Of a stretch of DNA of 64,000 bases, positions 39,036 through 53,343 are shown piece after piece. Made by a program: the position numbers and the translations under genes. Origin of the DNA: Octopus sinensis (Eukaryota); NCBI RefSeq assembly GCF_006345805.1, contig NC_043013.1, positions 21,018,001 to 21,082,000 of the forward strand. Reading direction: 5' to 3'. How positions within the stretch are numbered: position 1 is the first letter of the stretch; each line of letters starts with the position of its first letter. The notes under the pieces are model-generated. The model did no database searches. It was given only the letters and a program-made list of their open reading frames with translations, and was not told where the DNA came from.

Positions 39036-39550
39036 CATATACATATATATACACATACATAGCGTCCACAGAATCCATGTTGCTCGACCTTATTAGGTGG
39101 AGTCATATACCAAATTTTCTCTGAACGCTTATGTCAAAACAGCTGTGATCACAGTTCAGCTCGGGACGAAGCCCTGACTACACACATACATATATACACA
39201 CATATAATATAATTATTCCCCCTTACACACGTGTTTAAGACGAAATATACGAGACCAAGTGAACGTTCGTGCTGAAGGATTAAAAGGGATGTTTGTTTCA
39301 AATATCACAGTATCTATCCTTCTGCGCAGAGCAGAAATCTAACGAAACGCAATTATCGATCAAGTTTATTCTAATACTTCATTTCTTCTTATCGTATTGA
39401 CTCTGGATGTTTACATACGAAGTTAACTTCGTTGGACTTCGAACTGAAAACTTAAAACAACGTAATTAAATACCACAGGGTATTTTTCTGGTACTCTACT
39501 GAACCCCACCCACTCATTGAGCACTGGTTTCTAATTGTTTCTAGATAAGG

Positions 39551-39769
39551 TAAGAAGGGTGCTGAAAAGCTCCTGACTTTGGTTTAAAGAAAATACAGAA
39601 GGATCAGTTAATTATGATTTTATTCGACATATTCCCCTCTCAGATTGACACACTTATTGCCATGGTTCTTCAGTTTTTCTAAGCCCAATAAGAGATCTCG
39701 AAACTTGGGCCTCAAACCAGGCCTTGTGCGATACCCTTGAAGCTACGAACTTTTCAGCTCCCCCTTGCA
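39551..39769. mobile_element. Mariner-derived MITE, same family as 31495
   Basis: GGGTGCTGAAAAGCTCCTGACTTT ... GAACTTTTCAGCTCCCCCTTG TIRs. Confidence 0.72.
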
Positions 39770-40252
39770 CAGGGTCTGATATTTAAGAGGGGCGGATGTT
39801 GTAATTTATCGACCCGAAAGGGAGGAAATGTAAACCTGGCCTCCACCAGACTTGAACCCAGAGTGAGAAGAAATACTGCATGACATTTTGTCCGACTCTG
39901 TTCACCATGACAACCCACCACCACAAACCGTGACAATGTGATAAGAATGGAAATAAAACCTGGGTTTAACAACACGAAATTACTGCAATATGACATTAAC
40001 TGCTTGCTAGGGTGGTGGATGTCTCTTCGTGAGGGAGGGGAGGAACGAGTTCCGATTATGTAAACTATTGTTGTTGTTTGATTTTTTTGTTGTTTTTTTT
40101 TATAGATCTAAGCACTAAATATATTTATTACGTTGGAGAATTTATTTTCTGTCTCTATTGATTGCATTCATGCAAGAGTTGTGTTTTATTTCTATTGATG
40201 TCTAGGGATGATAACTAAAGGAGGAATTATTGTTTAGTTTGTGTTGATGTTT

Positions 40253-40296
<44 letters not shown>

Positions 40297-40303
40297 ATAT
40301 ACT

Positions 40304-40366
<63 letters not shown>

Positions 40367-40919
40367 TATATATATATACACATACATATATATATGTATA
40401 TATATGCGTATATATATATATATGCATATATATATAATATATATATATATTATATATATATATATATATATATGCATATATATATACGAGTACTTATGTA
40501 CGAATATACATGTATTTCTTCAAAATATTTCGGAAGTATATTTATTTATGTGCAAACATTAGAGTGTTGAAATCTCTTCAATCATTTTCATTTTCACTAT
40601 ATATATACGACATAACGAATTTAGTGTTGAATGAATGCGTAAATAATTGTGCGAAATTTTAAATTTACGATTCAAGAATGGTATTAAACGGAAGATACAG
40701 CAGAAAGATAATTTTCTGAGATTCTAAACTAAAAACTTAAATTCAATTTAGCCTAGGTTGCCAAAATTAAGTAAAACAACAATTTGGGCTTCTTTAAAGC
40801 TTTATTTTTGTTGTTTTTTTTTTGTTTTTGTGCATTGGTGTTTACTCAAACACACTTTACACTAAACTTCCACTACACTCGGGCAACTAATTCTTGCGTA
40901 ATAGACTATACGTAGATAC

Positions 40920-40954
<35 letters not shown>

Positions 40955-41139
40955 GGTGGTGGTGGTGAATTTGCAAACAAAGAATTTCATATTGTAGTTG
41001 AAGGAAATATATTAAGTATTCCCTATTACAGAGTCCCGGTGTTAACTGAATTGCTTACTCAACTGGTCAAATTAACATGACTTTGAAATGCTCAAAACTG
41101 TTTCGAGTTCACTGATTAGATACTTTCGCGTGTGTGCGT

Positions 41140-41171
<32 letters not shown>

Positions 41172-41198
41172 TTCTGTGAGTCAAAGGGAAAAGCAATG

Positions 41199-42111
41199 TA
41201 TTGTGCCATCGCATAAATAATGCGGGTTTTTTTCAATTGCATTAACAAAAAAAAAGCAGGGGACGGAATAAACTACCTGCATCAACTTACTAAAAATACA
41301 GGTAGTTATTTTACCTTCTACTTATTCTTAGTGCACGTTTTGAAGAGTGCAGTTCGATGTTAGCAGTAATTTTTTTCAAAGCTATAATGGAAGAGACAAA
41401 AGAGCATATCCGCCATATTTTGCTGCTTTATGAGTTTAATAAATGCTACAACGCAACGGTAAGTGCGAGGAATATTAATGCAGTATATGGGGATCGGACA
41501 ATAAGCGTACGCCAATGACAACGGTGGTTCTAGAAATTGCGAGCTGGAAACTACAGCCCTGAAGACGAGCCCCGTCCTGGAAGATCTGTAGAGCTTGACG
41601 AGGACGTCCTGCGAACTCTGGGGGGATAAAATCCCATCGTAACTGATGAGGAAGTAGTAGAGAAGCTTGGATTTGGGCATTCAACCATTCATCGACACCA
41701 GCTGAAGAAGAATGACCATCTTTAGTTTCAAGTTTCAAGACGAAAAGTGTTCTTCCATCAGGATAATGCTCAGCCACATACAGCGAGAATGACATTCCAA
41801 AGGATAGAGCAGTTTGAATGGGAAACGATGTCCCACCTACATTGCCACATTTGATTATCATTTATTCCGCTGTCTTCAAAATCACTTGGACGGAAAAAAC
41901 TATGAATTCTGTAGATGAGGGCAGAACAATACTGGAGGAATATTTTACGTCTCGGACAAATGAATTTTCGAAGAGACATCTTGCAAGTCTACCAGATAGA
42001 TGGAAAAGCATTGCAGAAAATAAAGGAGGGTATATTTTAAAAAAGGACTTTGTTTATTTGAATTTTGAAAAACGAAAGTATAAAAATCGCATTATTTACG
42101 GGAAGACTATA
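41199..42111 (+). mobile_element. Mariner transposon, internally deleted (~910 bp), both TIRs degenerate
   Basis: ATG at 41387: MEETKEHIRHIL..EFNKCYNAT, EDEPRPGRSVELDED, then jumps to VFFHQDNAQPHTA, DYHLFRCLQNHLDG and LPDRWKSI; TAAATAATGCG is inverted at both ends. Confidence 0.82.
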
Positions 42112-42269
42112 TATATATGTATATATATATTTCGATAGGTGAATGAATTATCTTATGTTTACCGTCAGCATGGAAACCGATACCAGCGTAGCAAATTCAT
42201 GTCAGAAACACGGCTGAAGCGTGTCGAGTGTAAAGGAATTTTGCTAACATCTTCGTTCGACTCCATTAT

Positions 42270-42276
<7 letters not shown>

Positions 42277-42351
<75 letters not shown>

Positions 42352-42365
42352 AGAGAGAGAGAGAG

Positions 42366-42450
<85 letters not shown>
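42277..42450. repeat. (TA)n(GA)n(GATA)n compound microsatellite
   Basis: Direct inspection. Confidence 0.95.
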
Positions 42451-42451
<1 letters not shown>

Positions 42452-43846
42452 TTGAAATTCACAGAAAAACGGAAGACGAAGGCAGGTGCAGGAGACAGGA
42501 GGGAAATAGGTTGTTATGGAGTAAGTGAAAATTTAAATATGGAAAGGATGAGTTAAAGAATTTGATAAATAACTCAGCGGATGAAATGGCGTAGGATAAA
42601 AACAAAAAGTAAAATGGTTGATTCAAAGATGAAGCAATGAATTATAGTGCTAGAAAAGATTATTCAAAACTAAGCGTGAGATACAGTCTATCAACTGAAG
42701 TATACACTTAGCGAACTGTTGCCTAGCTTTAGCATCACATACCTAGATATTGTCTACCTTTAGTATTCCACACCGAGCGAACTATTGTCATAGCTTTATG
42801 TGGCAGTGTTACGTCAAGCTGTCTCGCCAAATACTCACTGACTCTCATCACTGTCTTCATTATTGTATTTGATGTGAGAGAAAAATCAATGAAGAATCAT
42901 AGTTGTTTTAATGTCCTTTTCTGCGTTGCTTAGCAATCGTTAAATTTTCAGAGTGAAAATGAAAGTGAAAGTAAGTGAGAGAAAGAGAGCATAAGAAAGT
43001 GCAGGAGTGTAACAAAGAAAGCGATTGGAGGACTGTATGGGAGAAACTAAAACCATGGGTGACTACAAGAAAGCATGTGTGAAAGAGAGAGCGTGTGTAT
43101 GTGTCTGAGAGAGAGGGAGGGAGAGAGAGAAAAAGATATATGTGCGCGTGTGTGATGAGAGGGGGAAGAATTCTACCTGCTATTTTCTGTTCTATTACTT
43201 GGAACACAAGAAATAAAATGATATCATTTCTATGCATAATTTTAATTTGATTAGTTTTATTACCTGTTTCTGCAGCAATCGAAACTTTTTACCTGACAAA
43301 TTTTGACTGGTGCACATACACACTTCACTTGTGTTATAACCATCATCAACAAGTCGCTCCGCAGAAATACACGGAAGAGAATTTCATTAACGGAATTTAT
43401 TTTTTAATGCGAACATATTGAATTCATTCACTGGAATGGACCGTACTTAGTCCTCACTTATAAAAATATCCATGGAGAGCAATAAAAATATATAAAGTCA
43501 TCAGAGAAAATTACACCTAGAAGAAATTTCATTAATGTAATATGATGAGAAATGAAACTGAAATTTTAAAATTAATTTCTAAAATTATTTATTCTTTAAA
43601 CAACTTCACTGAATCATTCCAAAAAGAAAATTGAAATTGGAGATGGAACAAAGAGGAAATATCAGTTTTTTTTCTTCAATTTATTTTTGCGATGGAATCA
43701 ATGCAGTCGCAAGAAAATAGGATTCTATTTCCAAGATTTCATGTTCATCTCCTGCTCAAATATGTAAGTTATGTAAAGGCATCACTTCGGTGGCCTATTT
43801 ATTCCCAAGTCTATAACCAACCAGCTTTAAAATGTTTCAGCATCTA

Positions 43847-45087
43847 TTAGGTTGTTTCGAAAATAATGGCCGCTCTACGTGTTGTGTTTTGAAACGCAAT
43901 TTTATCAAATTATTTTAATTCTATTTTAGGTGAATTTCGACATAGTTAATAACTGATGTGTGCTCGTTAATAATTTTCTGCTTATTTCAGACAAAAAGCA
44001 TTCTTGAAGCCCTTAATTATGAACATGACAAAAAAGGACCTTCGTTTACTTTTCTTGCAAGAGTTCAAGGTTGGGCACAATGCCGTCCAAACTGCTGCCA
44101 TTATCAACAGAGCATGGGGAGAGGGTTCCACAAGTGATAGCACAATATGAAGGTGGTTTCAGAAATTCTGTAGTGGTGATGAGAGCCTTGAAGATGAAGA
44201 AGGTAGAGACGGTCATGCAGTCTTGACAATAAAAAATTGAAAGCAACTGTTGAACAAAATCCACGTCAATGTGTCAGAGAAATGTCTCCGGTACTTGCTG
44301 TCGGTAATGTAATGGTCTCATGCAATCTTCAGAAGATTAGTTAGGTGAAAACGCTCGGTAAATGGGTACCGCATGAGCTCATTGAAAGCCAAAAAGTTCG
44401 GCGTTTTGAAGTGTGCTCAATGCTCTTTCTGCAAAACACCAATGATCCTTCTCTTGACCGAATAGTCACTTGTGACGGAAAGTGGATCCTATATGATAAC
44501 CCTTAGCGATCAGGTCAATGGCTTGATCTTGATGAGTTTGACATTTCCCAAATCCAAAGTTGGATCAGCAAAAGATTACGGTGACTGTCTGGTGGTCTGC
44601 AATTGGTGTTGTCCATTACAGCCTTCTGGAAGCCAATCAGATCATTACAGAAGAGGTTAGCTGCAATGAACACCTTGGAATGCATGTTTACTTGCAAAAC
44701 ATGAGACTTGCATTGGTAGATCGGCGTGGCCCAGTTCTGCTCCGCAATAGTGCAAATCCAGATATTACAAAACTAAAGCTGCAGAAATTCACATCCTCCA
44801 TATTCTCCTCATCTTTCACCCGCTGACAGCGATTTTTTTAGCTTTTAAACACGTTTTTAAGCGGTAAAACTTTCAGGTCCAAACCAGAGGTGAAATCAGC
44901 TTTCAAAGAGTTAACATCAAAGCCAATAAGTTTTTATCAAAACGGCATAAAGAATCTTGTTGATCGATGGCAGAGATGCAGAGATGTCCACGGCTCATAC
45001 TTTTATTAATCAAAAAATTTCTATTGTTCATTTTTCCAGAACAAAATTATGTTTCTGAAATCGGCCATTATTTTCGAAACAGCCTAA
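43847..45087 (+). mobile_element. Mariner transposon (cecropia/Hsmar1-like), near full length (1241 bp), transposase pseudogenised
   Basis: TIRs TTAGGTTGTTTCGAAAAATAATGGCCG / CGGCCATTATTTTCGAAACAGCCTAA with TA on both sides; MTKKDLRLLFLQEFKVGHNA, WFQKFCSGDESLEDEEG, GKWVPHEL and DRIVTCDGKWILYDN. Confidence 0.92.
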
Positions 45088-46109
45088 TACGAGATACAAT
45101 GCAGTTTAGTCAATTCTCATCGCTGTAAGCATTAACTTGCAGCTTAGACATCTACTAAAGTCAATTCAATGCAAATCTTCATTTCTATAAGTGTTAACTT
45201 TGTCATCAGTTAAGAGAAATACATATCATAAACCACAGAAGTATGTACATCGGTAACATACGGCTAATGTAACCATCAATATTTCAGATGGTAGTTCACG
45301 AATGTTCAGCTGTTGTTTAACTCTAAATGACTAAAATAATAACTGTGTGGTGTGGGATTGGAAATATGAAGAACACCTAATACATATGTAGAAAAACAAA
45401 TAAAAAGTCGGTGCTCACATATTTCAAGTACTGAACAAAGGAATTTTAATTACAATTACGCTCATAATGAGGAAAGTGTAAGATAATTATTAAATTATGG
45501 ACATAGACAGGAGAAGCAAACCCAAAATTACGATTAATTAAAACGGAATGGTATGATGCAAAGTAGGAGTGTTTCTATCATCTTAACATCTGAAAGTACT
45601 AATAGAAATAATTCTCGCTAATGAGACCAGCATAATACAGAAACTATTTTATCGATCGTCAGAACATTGCACCATTACATTCTATCACTCCCCACTAAAT
45701 TTTAATTTCGGTGTTATATTTAGTCATTTTCCTCATGACTGTTTCTTTTAATTTTGGTTATAATTACCATGAATTAAAATTATCAAAGCATTAATATATC
45801 ACCCACTTATCAGCTGCATACAGCATAAAATTACACGTGTTTTTAAGTAACGAGGCTTTGAGGAAACTGCAAGACATTGCAGCCTCATGTTCCTCAAATC
45901 ACGCTCTTCAGTCTCCAAAGTGGCAGGCCTTACTGGATTCTATTCCATAAAAAAAAAACGATTATCTTAACTGGAATGCTTTCTTGATAAATCTTTTAGT
46001 CACGGGTTCCTATTTTTGCGAGTAGGAACCATTAGCTCGTTTCCTCTTTTGCATTATTGTTTTTTTATATATGTGATGTTTAAACCATTTGTTGAAAATA
46101 AACTTGTTT

Positions 46110-46350
46110 TAGAGCTGAAAGTGGGTTGTACAAGATGATAATCCTTATTTTTTTTTATAGTCGCTTGCATGGATTTCGATATTAATTATAGATTTTATTC
46201 TTGAAAAATGCTGGCGTTTAAGGTTTCTTTATAGAAGGATGCTGCATGGTTGAATATTTCTTTATCGGGCAAAACTGAGGAGAATCTCCATCTCATGTTG
46301 TTCAGTTTATTATTGGTGGGGATTTTATTTTGTTGGTGCTTTTTGTTTTC
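46110..46350 (-). mobile_element. Highly degraded Penelope-like RT/linker remnant
   Basis: Minus strand DKEIFNHAASFYKETLNAS and IILYNP resemble PLE EEIFN..AP.Y..AL..SG and IIWFNPP motifs (recognised from memory). Confidence 0.35.
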
Positions 46351-47213
46351 TTTGTAATCTAAACACCCAAAACGATTATTCTTAATGTTACGTTACAATA
46401 ATTTGATATGATTAGGTTTGCTTGTCAGGATATTTTAGGTTCTCGAGGGCATCTATGTGGTTTTCCCATTCTTATCCAACTTCCCGCCTTATATTTTTTA
46501 TGATAAGTAGGCTAAACTCACGGAATAGACGTATACTGCGTTTGATAGAAATTTTATTCATTCATTCCAGGAGGGTTAACACTACCAATGCGTATGCTCC
46601 ACTTCAGTGGTGGCGTAGAAGGATTCATCATTTTCTATTTTTACATCGGTTTTGCAGTCGTAGAAAAACGCGACTTCATTTCATGTTTAATTCTGTTATT
46701 TTGTCTTTCTTTGGTTCAAATGAGTTTTTTGGTGAGATTTATGGCATGAGTTTCAGATCGAGGAATATATTACTGATGCCGAAGACTGTAACCATACAAC
46801 ACTTACTGTCGTTGTATGACAGAAATAATATTACTTCATAGTGTAAATACGATTTCTTAATTTACTAGCTGACCACGTGCTGTCAATAATGACGGGTAAT
46901 TGTATTTTATATATAAATAATGTACAAGATAAGGTACATAATAATCACACATACACACATTCACACACTTCCCTTGTAGACGCACACACATACACACATA
47001 TACTCACACAAAGTTGAAACGCTGATTTTTTTTCACTCCTTTCTTCCTTATTCATTTATCACCCCTTTCCTTTCTCTCACTCTCTCTCTCTCTCTCTCTC
47101 TCAGTCAGCGCTATTACTCTCACTACTGCTCCTTCACTGAATTGCTATTTTCTCTCCTCCTCCGCGTCTGGCGTGATTCTGGACACACACACGCACACAC
47201 ACTCTCACTAACA

Positions 47214-47310
<97 letters not shown>

Positions 47311-47554
47311 AACACTACGTTCATTATCATATTAGGAGATTTTGGCGTTGTTATTTGCTAGTATTTCTGTTGTTTCTGCCTCTTACAATATTTTATTATT
47401 ATTCTTTTGGAATCCAGAATTAAATTGTGATCTTTCACTGTTATGTATGATTGGCTCTTTGCTACGCACTTGATTCTGCTATCTATTTATAAATTTGGTG
47501 TAAGTTAGTTTTATATAGTAAGTGTGCGTGTGTGTGTGTGTATGTGTATCCTTT

Positions 47555-48195
47555 ACCTGTCTCAATCATTAGACTGCGGCCACGTTGGAACACTACCATG
47601 ACAGTTTAGTCAAAGAAATCGAAACCAGTATTAAATTTTTGAAACCTGCTACTCCCTTCGTCAGTCTGTATGCCGAACTACTAAGCTACAGCTACGTAAA
47701 CGAAATGGCATGGGAAGTGAAGTGGTGCTGGAGGACAGATACTCTCTCACACACACAAACACACACACACAAACACACACAAACATACATAGACTGTGAC
47801 CACGGTCTGGCGCCCCACAAGAGGAAATTTAGTCAAACGAATAAGTATTTATTTTTATTCTTTGGGCCCGGTACTTATTACATTGCTCTCTTTTGTCTAG
47901 CCGCTAAGTTATGGGGACGTGAACCCATGAGCATTTGTTGTTAAGCACAAAGACTTTCACAGTCAAACACACACATATGAATACACACACACACACACAC
48001 ACACACATATATGAATACACACACACACACACACACACATGACGGGTTTCCTTCACTTTCCGTGTACTAAATTCACCCAAGAAGTTTTTGTCGTCCCGGA
48101 GCTAAAGCAGAAATCAATTGCACAGAGTGGAAAGCACAGGGACTGTACCCGGAACCAAGTGGTTAGGAAGTAAGCTTCCTGTCACAAAGCCACAC
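47555..48195 (-). mobile_element. SINE family 1, old diverged copy (duplicated at about 49500-50152)
   Basis: GACTGCGGCCACGTTGGAACAC, CCGCTAAGTTATGGGGACG and CCCGGAACCAAGTGGTTAGG segments. Confidence 0.65.
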
Positions 48196-48231
48196 ATGTA
48201 TTTCTATGGCTACATATCCGAGTACGTGTGC

Positions 48232-48335
48232 GTGTGTGGTTTGTGTGCGTGTCTGGTTTGTGTGCGTGTCTGGTTTGTGTGCGTGTCTGGTTTGTGTGCG
48301 TGTCTGGTTTGTGTGCGTGTCTGGTTTGTGTGCGT
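48232..48335. repeat. 17-bp minisatellite (GTGTGCGTGTCTGGTTT)n, also at about 50189-50292
   Basis: About 6 tandem units. Confidence 0.9.
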
Positions 48336-51300
48336 GTGTGTGTATGTGAGTGTGCTGGGTGTATTCAAACATAAATACAGCTTAATATATACGTCTTGAT
48401 TTATTTTCATTCCCCACAAATTCCAGTTTATATTATAACGATGCATCTGTCGCTTGATAAAATATATTCAATTTTAATGATCAGTTTTCAACACATTACA
48501 AGAATATACAGTTTTTTTCAACTTATTTATGTATAAATAGAGAATCATATTTATCAAAATGATAGATTGATATATAGTAAACAAAACAGAATGGATAGTT
48601 CAAGACATAACTACAGTACCCGCGTTTCGGTAGAGTGATTACTTATTACAATGCAAAGTACATTATAAAACATCGCGTCAATCCGAATTAACCATCCACA
48701 GTCTTCACGTGATACACAGCCGTTGTTCGGTAGATTTTTCAAGTATCCATTCTTACTCTCTTATGCCTCCTATACATAGATGGATTTACAGGATACCCAT
48801 GACAAGTAACCAACATTTTAATTTTGTATTAACTGCTATACTGACAGTTGGAGGACCTGGAATAATTTCGGAGTCATCTGCTAGCCAAAGATACGCAGAG
48901 ATGCTTCCAAGTTAATTTGCCTAGATTTGCCTAATTGACCTCCCTTACATAACGTGTGTGTGTGTGTGTGTGTGTGTAATAGGAAAATGAAATTGCTTTG
49001 GAATTATTTATTCTCTATTACACGTTTTTTATTCTCTAATAGGAATCACAAAGATGTACATGTTATATGGACATGGAAGGAATTTCCTATTAGAGAAATC
49101 GTCAGACACAAGATTTTATAATAATGGATAGATATTGATTGTATTAATGGAATAGGCAGATGCACTTCAAGATTAAAGAGCTGGCATTTACCCTAAATAA
49201 CTACACACACACACATATATATATATATATTATATATATATATATATAATATAAACACTACGTTCATTATCATATTAGGAGATTTTGGCGTTGTTATTTG
49301 CTAGTATTTCTGTTGTTTCTGCCTCTTACAATATTTTATTATTATTCTTTTGGAATCCAGAATTAAATTGTGATCTTTCACTGTTATGTATGATTGGCTC
49401 TTTGCTACGCACTTGATTCTGCTATCTATTTATAAATTTGGTGTAAGTTAGTTTTATATAGTAAGTGTGCGTGTGTGTGTGTGTGTATGTGTATCCTTTA
49501 CCTGTCTCAATCATTAGACTGCGGCCACGTTGGAACACTACCATGACAGTTTAGTCGAAGAAATCGAAACCAGTATTAAATTTTTGAAACCTGCTACTCC
49601 CTTCGTCAGTCTGTATGCCGAACTACTAAGCTACAGCTACGTAAACGAAATGGCATGGGAAGTGAAGTGGTGCTGGAGGACAGATACTCTCTCACACACA
49701 CAAACACACACACACAACACACACACACACACACACAACATACATAGACTGTGACCACGGTCTGGCGCCCCACAAGAGGAAATTTAGTCAAACGAATAAG
49801 TATTTATTTTTATTCTTTGGGCCCGGTACTTATTACATTGCTCTCTTTTGTCTAGCCGCTAAGTTATGGGGACGTGAACCCATGAGCATTTGTTGTTAAG
49901 CACAAAGACTTTCACAGTCAAACACACACATATGAATACACACACACACACACACACACACATATATGAATACACACACACACACACACACACACATGAC
50001 GGGTTTCCTTCACTTTCCGTGTACTAAATTCACCCAAGAAGTTTTTGTCGTCCCGGAGCTAAAGCAGAAATCAATTGCACAGAGTGGAAAGCACAGGGAC
50101 TGTACCCGGAACCAAGTGGTTAGGAAGTAAGCTTCCTGTCACAAAGCCACACATGTATTTCTATGGCTACATATCCGAGTACGTGTGCGTGTGTGGTTTG
50201 TGTGCGTGTCTGGTTTGTGTGCGTGTCTGGTTTGTGTGCGTGTCTGGTTTGTGTGCGTGTCTGGTTTGTGTGCGTGTCTGGTTTGTGTGCGTGTGTGTGT
50301 ATGTGAGTGTGCTGGGTGTATTCAAACATAAATACAGCTTAATATATACGTCTTGATTTATTTTCATTCCCCACAAATTCCAGTTTATATTATAACGATG
50401 CATCTGTCGCTTGATAAAATATATTCAATTTTAATGATCAGTTTTCAACACATTACAAGAATATACAGTTTTTTTCAACTTATTTATGTATAAATAGAGA
50501 ATCATATTTATCAAAATGATAGATTGATATATAGTAAACAAAACAGAATGGATAGTTCAAGACATAACTACAGTACCCGCGTTTCGGTAGAGTGATTACT
50601 TATTACAATGCAAAGTACATTATAAAACATCGCGTCAATCCGAATTAACCATCCACAGTCTTCACGTGATACACAGCCGTTGTTCGGTAGATTTTTCAAG
50701 TATCCATTCTTACTCTCTTATGCCTCCTATACATAGATGGATTTACAGGATACCCATGACAAGTAACCAACATTTTAATTTTGTATTAACTGCTATACTG
50801 ACAGTTGGAGGACCTGGAATAATTTCGGAGTCATCTGCTAGCCAAAGATACGCAGAGATGCTTCCAAGTTAATTTGCCTAGATTTGCCTAATTGACCTCC
50901 CTTACATAACGTGTGTGTGTGTGTGTGTGTGTGTAATAGGAAAATGAAATTGCTTTGGAATTATTTATTCTCTATTACACGTTTTTTATTCTCTAATAGG
51001 AATCACAAAGATGTACATGTTATATGGACATGGAAGGAATTTCCTATTAGAGAAATCGTCAGACACAAGATTTTATAATAATGGATAGATATTGATTGTA
51101 TTAATGGAATAGGCAGATGCACTTCAAGATTAAAGAGCTGGCATTTACCCTAAATAACTACACACACACACATATATATAATATTTGGGTCTAATGAGTA
51201 TACGTCAATTAGTGTGTTGATATGTTGAGTAAAGCCCTGGCACAATCTGGGCCACCTGATGCAACCATAATATGATGCACAGCATCTCACCTATAAAGTA

Positions 51301-51393
51301 GAGTTGCAAGGATGGGTCAAAGTGATCATCGTACAAAATGAAGAGTTCTACCAATTCCATCTTCTGTTAATCGATTATCATTACTATTATAAG

Positions 51394-51471
<78 letters not shown>

Positions 51472-51474
<3 letters not shown>

Positions 51475-51833
51475 CTCTTTTACTCTTTTACTTGTTTCAG
51501 TCATTTAAATGCGGCCATGCCGGAACACCGCCTTTAGTCGAGCAAATCGACACCAGGACTTATTCTTTGTAAGCCTAGTACTTACTCTATCGGTTTCTTT
51601 TCGTAAACAACCACCATCGGTTGTCAAGCGATATTGGGGGGACAAACACAGACACACAAACTCACATATATACATATATACGACGGGCTTCTTTCAGTTT
51701 CCGTCTACCAAATCCACTCACAAGGCTTTGGTCGGCTCAAGCCTATTGTAGACATTTGCCCAAGGTGCCACGCAGTGGGACTGAGCCCGGAACCATGTGG
51801 TAAACAAGCTACTTACCACACAGCCACTCCTGC
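51472..51833 (-). mobile_element. SINE family 1
   Basis: Tail TTTTACTC repeats to head ..CACAGCCACTCCTGC. Confidence 0.88.
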
Positions 51834-51913
51834 TCCTGGACATGTATATATGGACATGTAAGGAATTTCCTATTAGAGAAAACGTCAGACAGAAGATCAT
51901 ATATATATATATA

Positions 51914-52110
51914 TCACCGTGATCACCGTGACCGACCAGGCTATCAGATGTTGCTATACATCGCTGGTCGCAACGCGCTCCGCATTGTTTTAGCCTTCAA
52001 ACGACTCCACCCCGCTGGCTGAGCCAGCAGGCCAACAGAAAAAAGAGTGAGAGAGAGTTGTGGCGAAAGTGTACAGCAGGGATTACCACCATCCCCTGCC
52101 AGTATACCGG
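51914..52110 (-). mobile_element. Fragment of a further interspersed repeat (probable SINE 3' half)
   Basis: TCACCGTGATCACCGTGACCGACCAGGCTATCAGATG... recalled as a common octopus repeat; single copy here, so not internally confirmed. Confidence 0.4.
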
Positions 52111-52160
52111 TAGGATATTTTTATCCATTAGACGGTTATTCCAACCTCTAACTCTACTTA

Positions 52161-52201
<41 letters not shown>

Positions 52202-52205
<4 letters not shown>

Positions 52206-52565
52206 TTTTATTCTTTTACTTGTTTCAGCCATTTAACTGTGGCCATGCTGGAGCACCTTCTTTAATCGAACAAATCGACCCTAGGACTTATTCTTTGTAA
52301 GCCTAGTACTTATTTTATCGTTCTGTTTTGCTGAACCTCTATTTTACCAGCTTGGGTTGTCAAGCGATGGTAGTGGGACAAACACAGACACACAAACATA
52401 TACACATACATACATATATATACGATGCGCTTCTTTCAATTTCCTTCTACCAAATCCACTCACAAGGCTCTGGTCGGCCCGAGGCTATAGTAGAAGACCC
52501 TTGCCAAGTTACTAAGTTACCACGCAGTGGGACTGAATTCAGACCCACACAGCTACTCTTGCGCC
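52202..52565 (-). mobile_element. SINE family 1, diverged
   Basis: Same body as 51472-51833. Confidence 0.82.
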
Positions 52566-53298
52566 TATTTGTATTTCACTTGTGTCCGGATAAAAAAATA
52601 ACAGTCGAGGCCAAAGTTTGGCGAAATTGTTTAATGAGTTGAACAAATTACTTCGTGGTATTTATCCGCGGCGACAGTGGTTGTAAGGCACATCTGTTCT
52701 AACGATTGTAGAATGCAGAGCAAATATATATCGCACGGGAAAAAATAAACCAAAAGAAATCCTTGTCGAGGCTTTCACACTTAACGGGGAATTTTTGGTG
52801 CAGATGGCTTTAACTGACGAAGCCATTAGTGATAAACTGTCATGAATATCCTGCTTTATAGTAAGAACCGAAACGTCACGATGTCCTGCTTTATAACAAG
52901 AACAGAAACGCCTCAAAGTGAATAACCATCTGTTTGAGGTCTATTAAATATGTAGAAGCAATGAAGGATTAAAGTTGTTTCAATATTTAGTTTGTTTAAA
53001 CTTCAGCATGTCAAATTGATTTTAGCATTTCACTCATCATCTGCGTACAGAGTACAGATCAACGAGGTGGACACCCACGTCAACTGCACGAAAAGATTGT
53101 ACAAATAATGAAACATGACGGGATTCTAAGAGCTTCGGTAAAATTGGTTCTAAACTGACATTATTCAGCAACCACATGTAAAACCAAACAGAAAAATAGA
53201 TTGCTTAGCGTTTAGCAAGTAAAATCCATCCGGATTAGAGGAAACCATCTTGTAATATCACTCTGCTCTTTATTGATGGAAAAGGAAGATCGTGTATG

Positions 53299-53343
<45 letters not shown>

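Larger units (their letters stand above)
47308..51180. repeat. Near-identical direct tandem duplication, ~1.95-kb unit x2 (about 47308-49250 and 49251-51180)
   Basis: Duplicated ORFs at offsets 1945-1957; differences seen only in microsatellite lengths and one SNP; junctions in (CA)n(TA)n. Confidence 0.95.

Noticed and set aside
48232-48335. Regularly spaced short repeats as a possible CRISPR array
   Set aside because: Head-to-tail minisatellite without unique spacers, in eukaryotic DNA with no cas genes.
52813-52885. CTGACGA...GAAACGTC hammerhead-like spacing (similar weak cases near 1060-1095 and 59100-59135, minus strand)
   Set aside because: Stems I and II do not pair or the core is altered.
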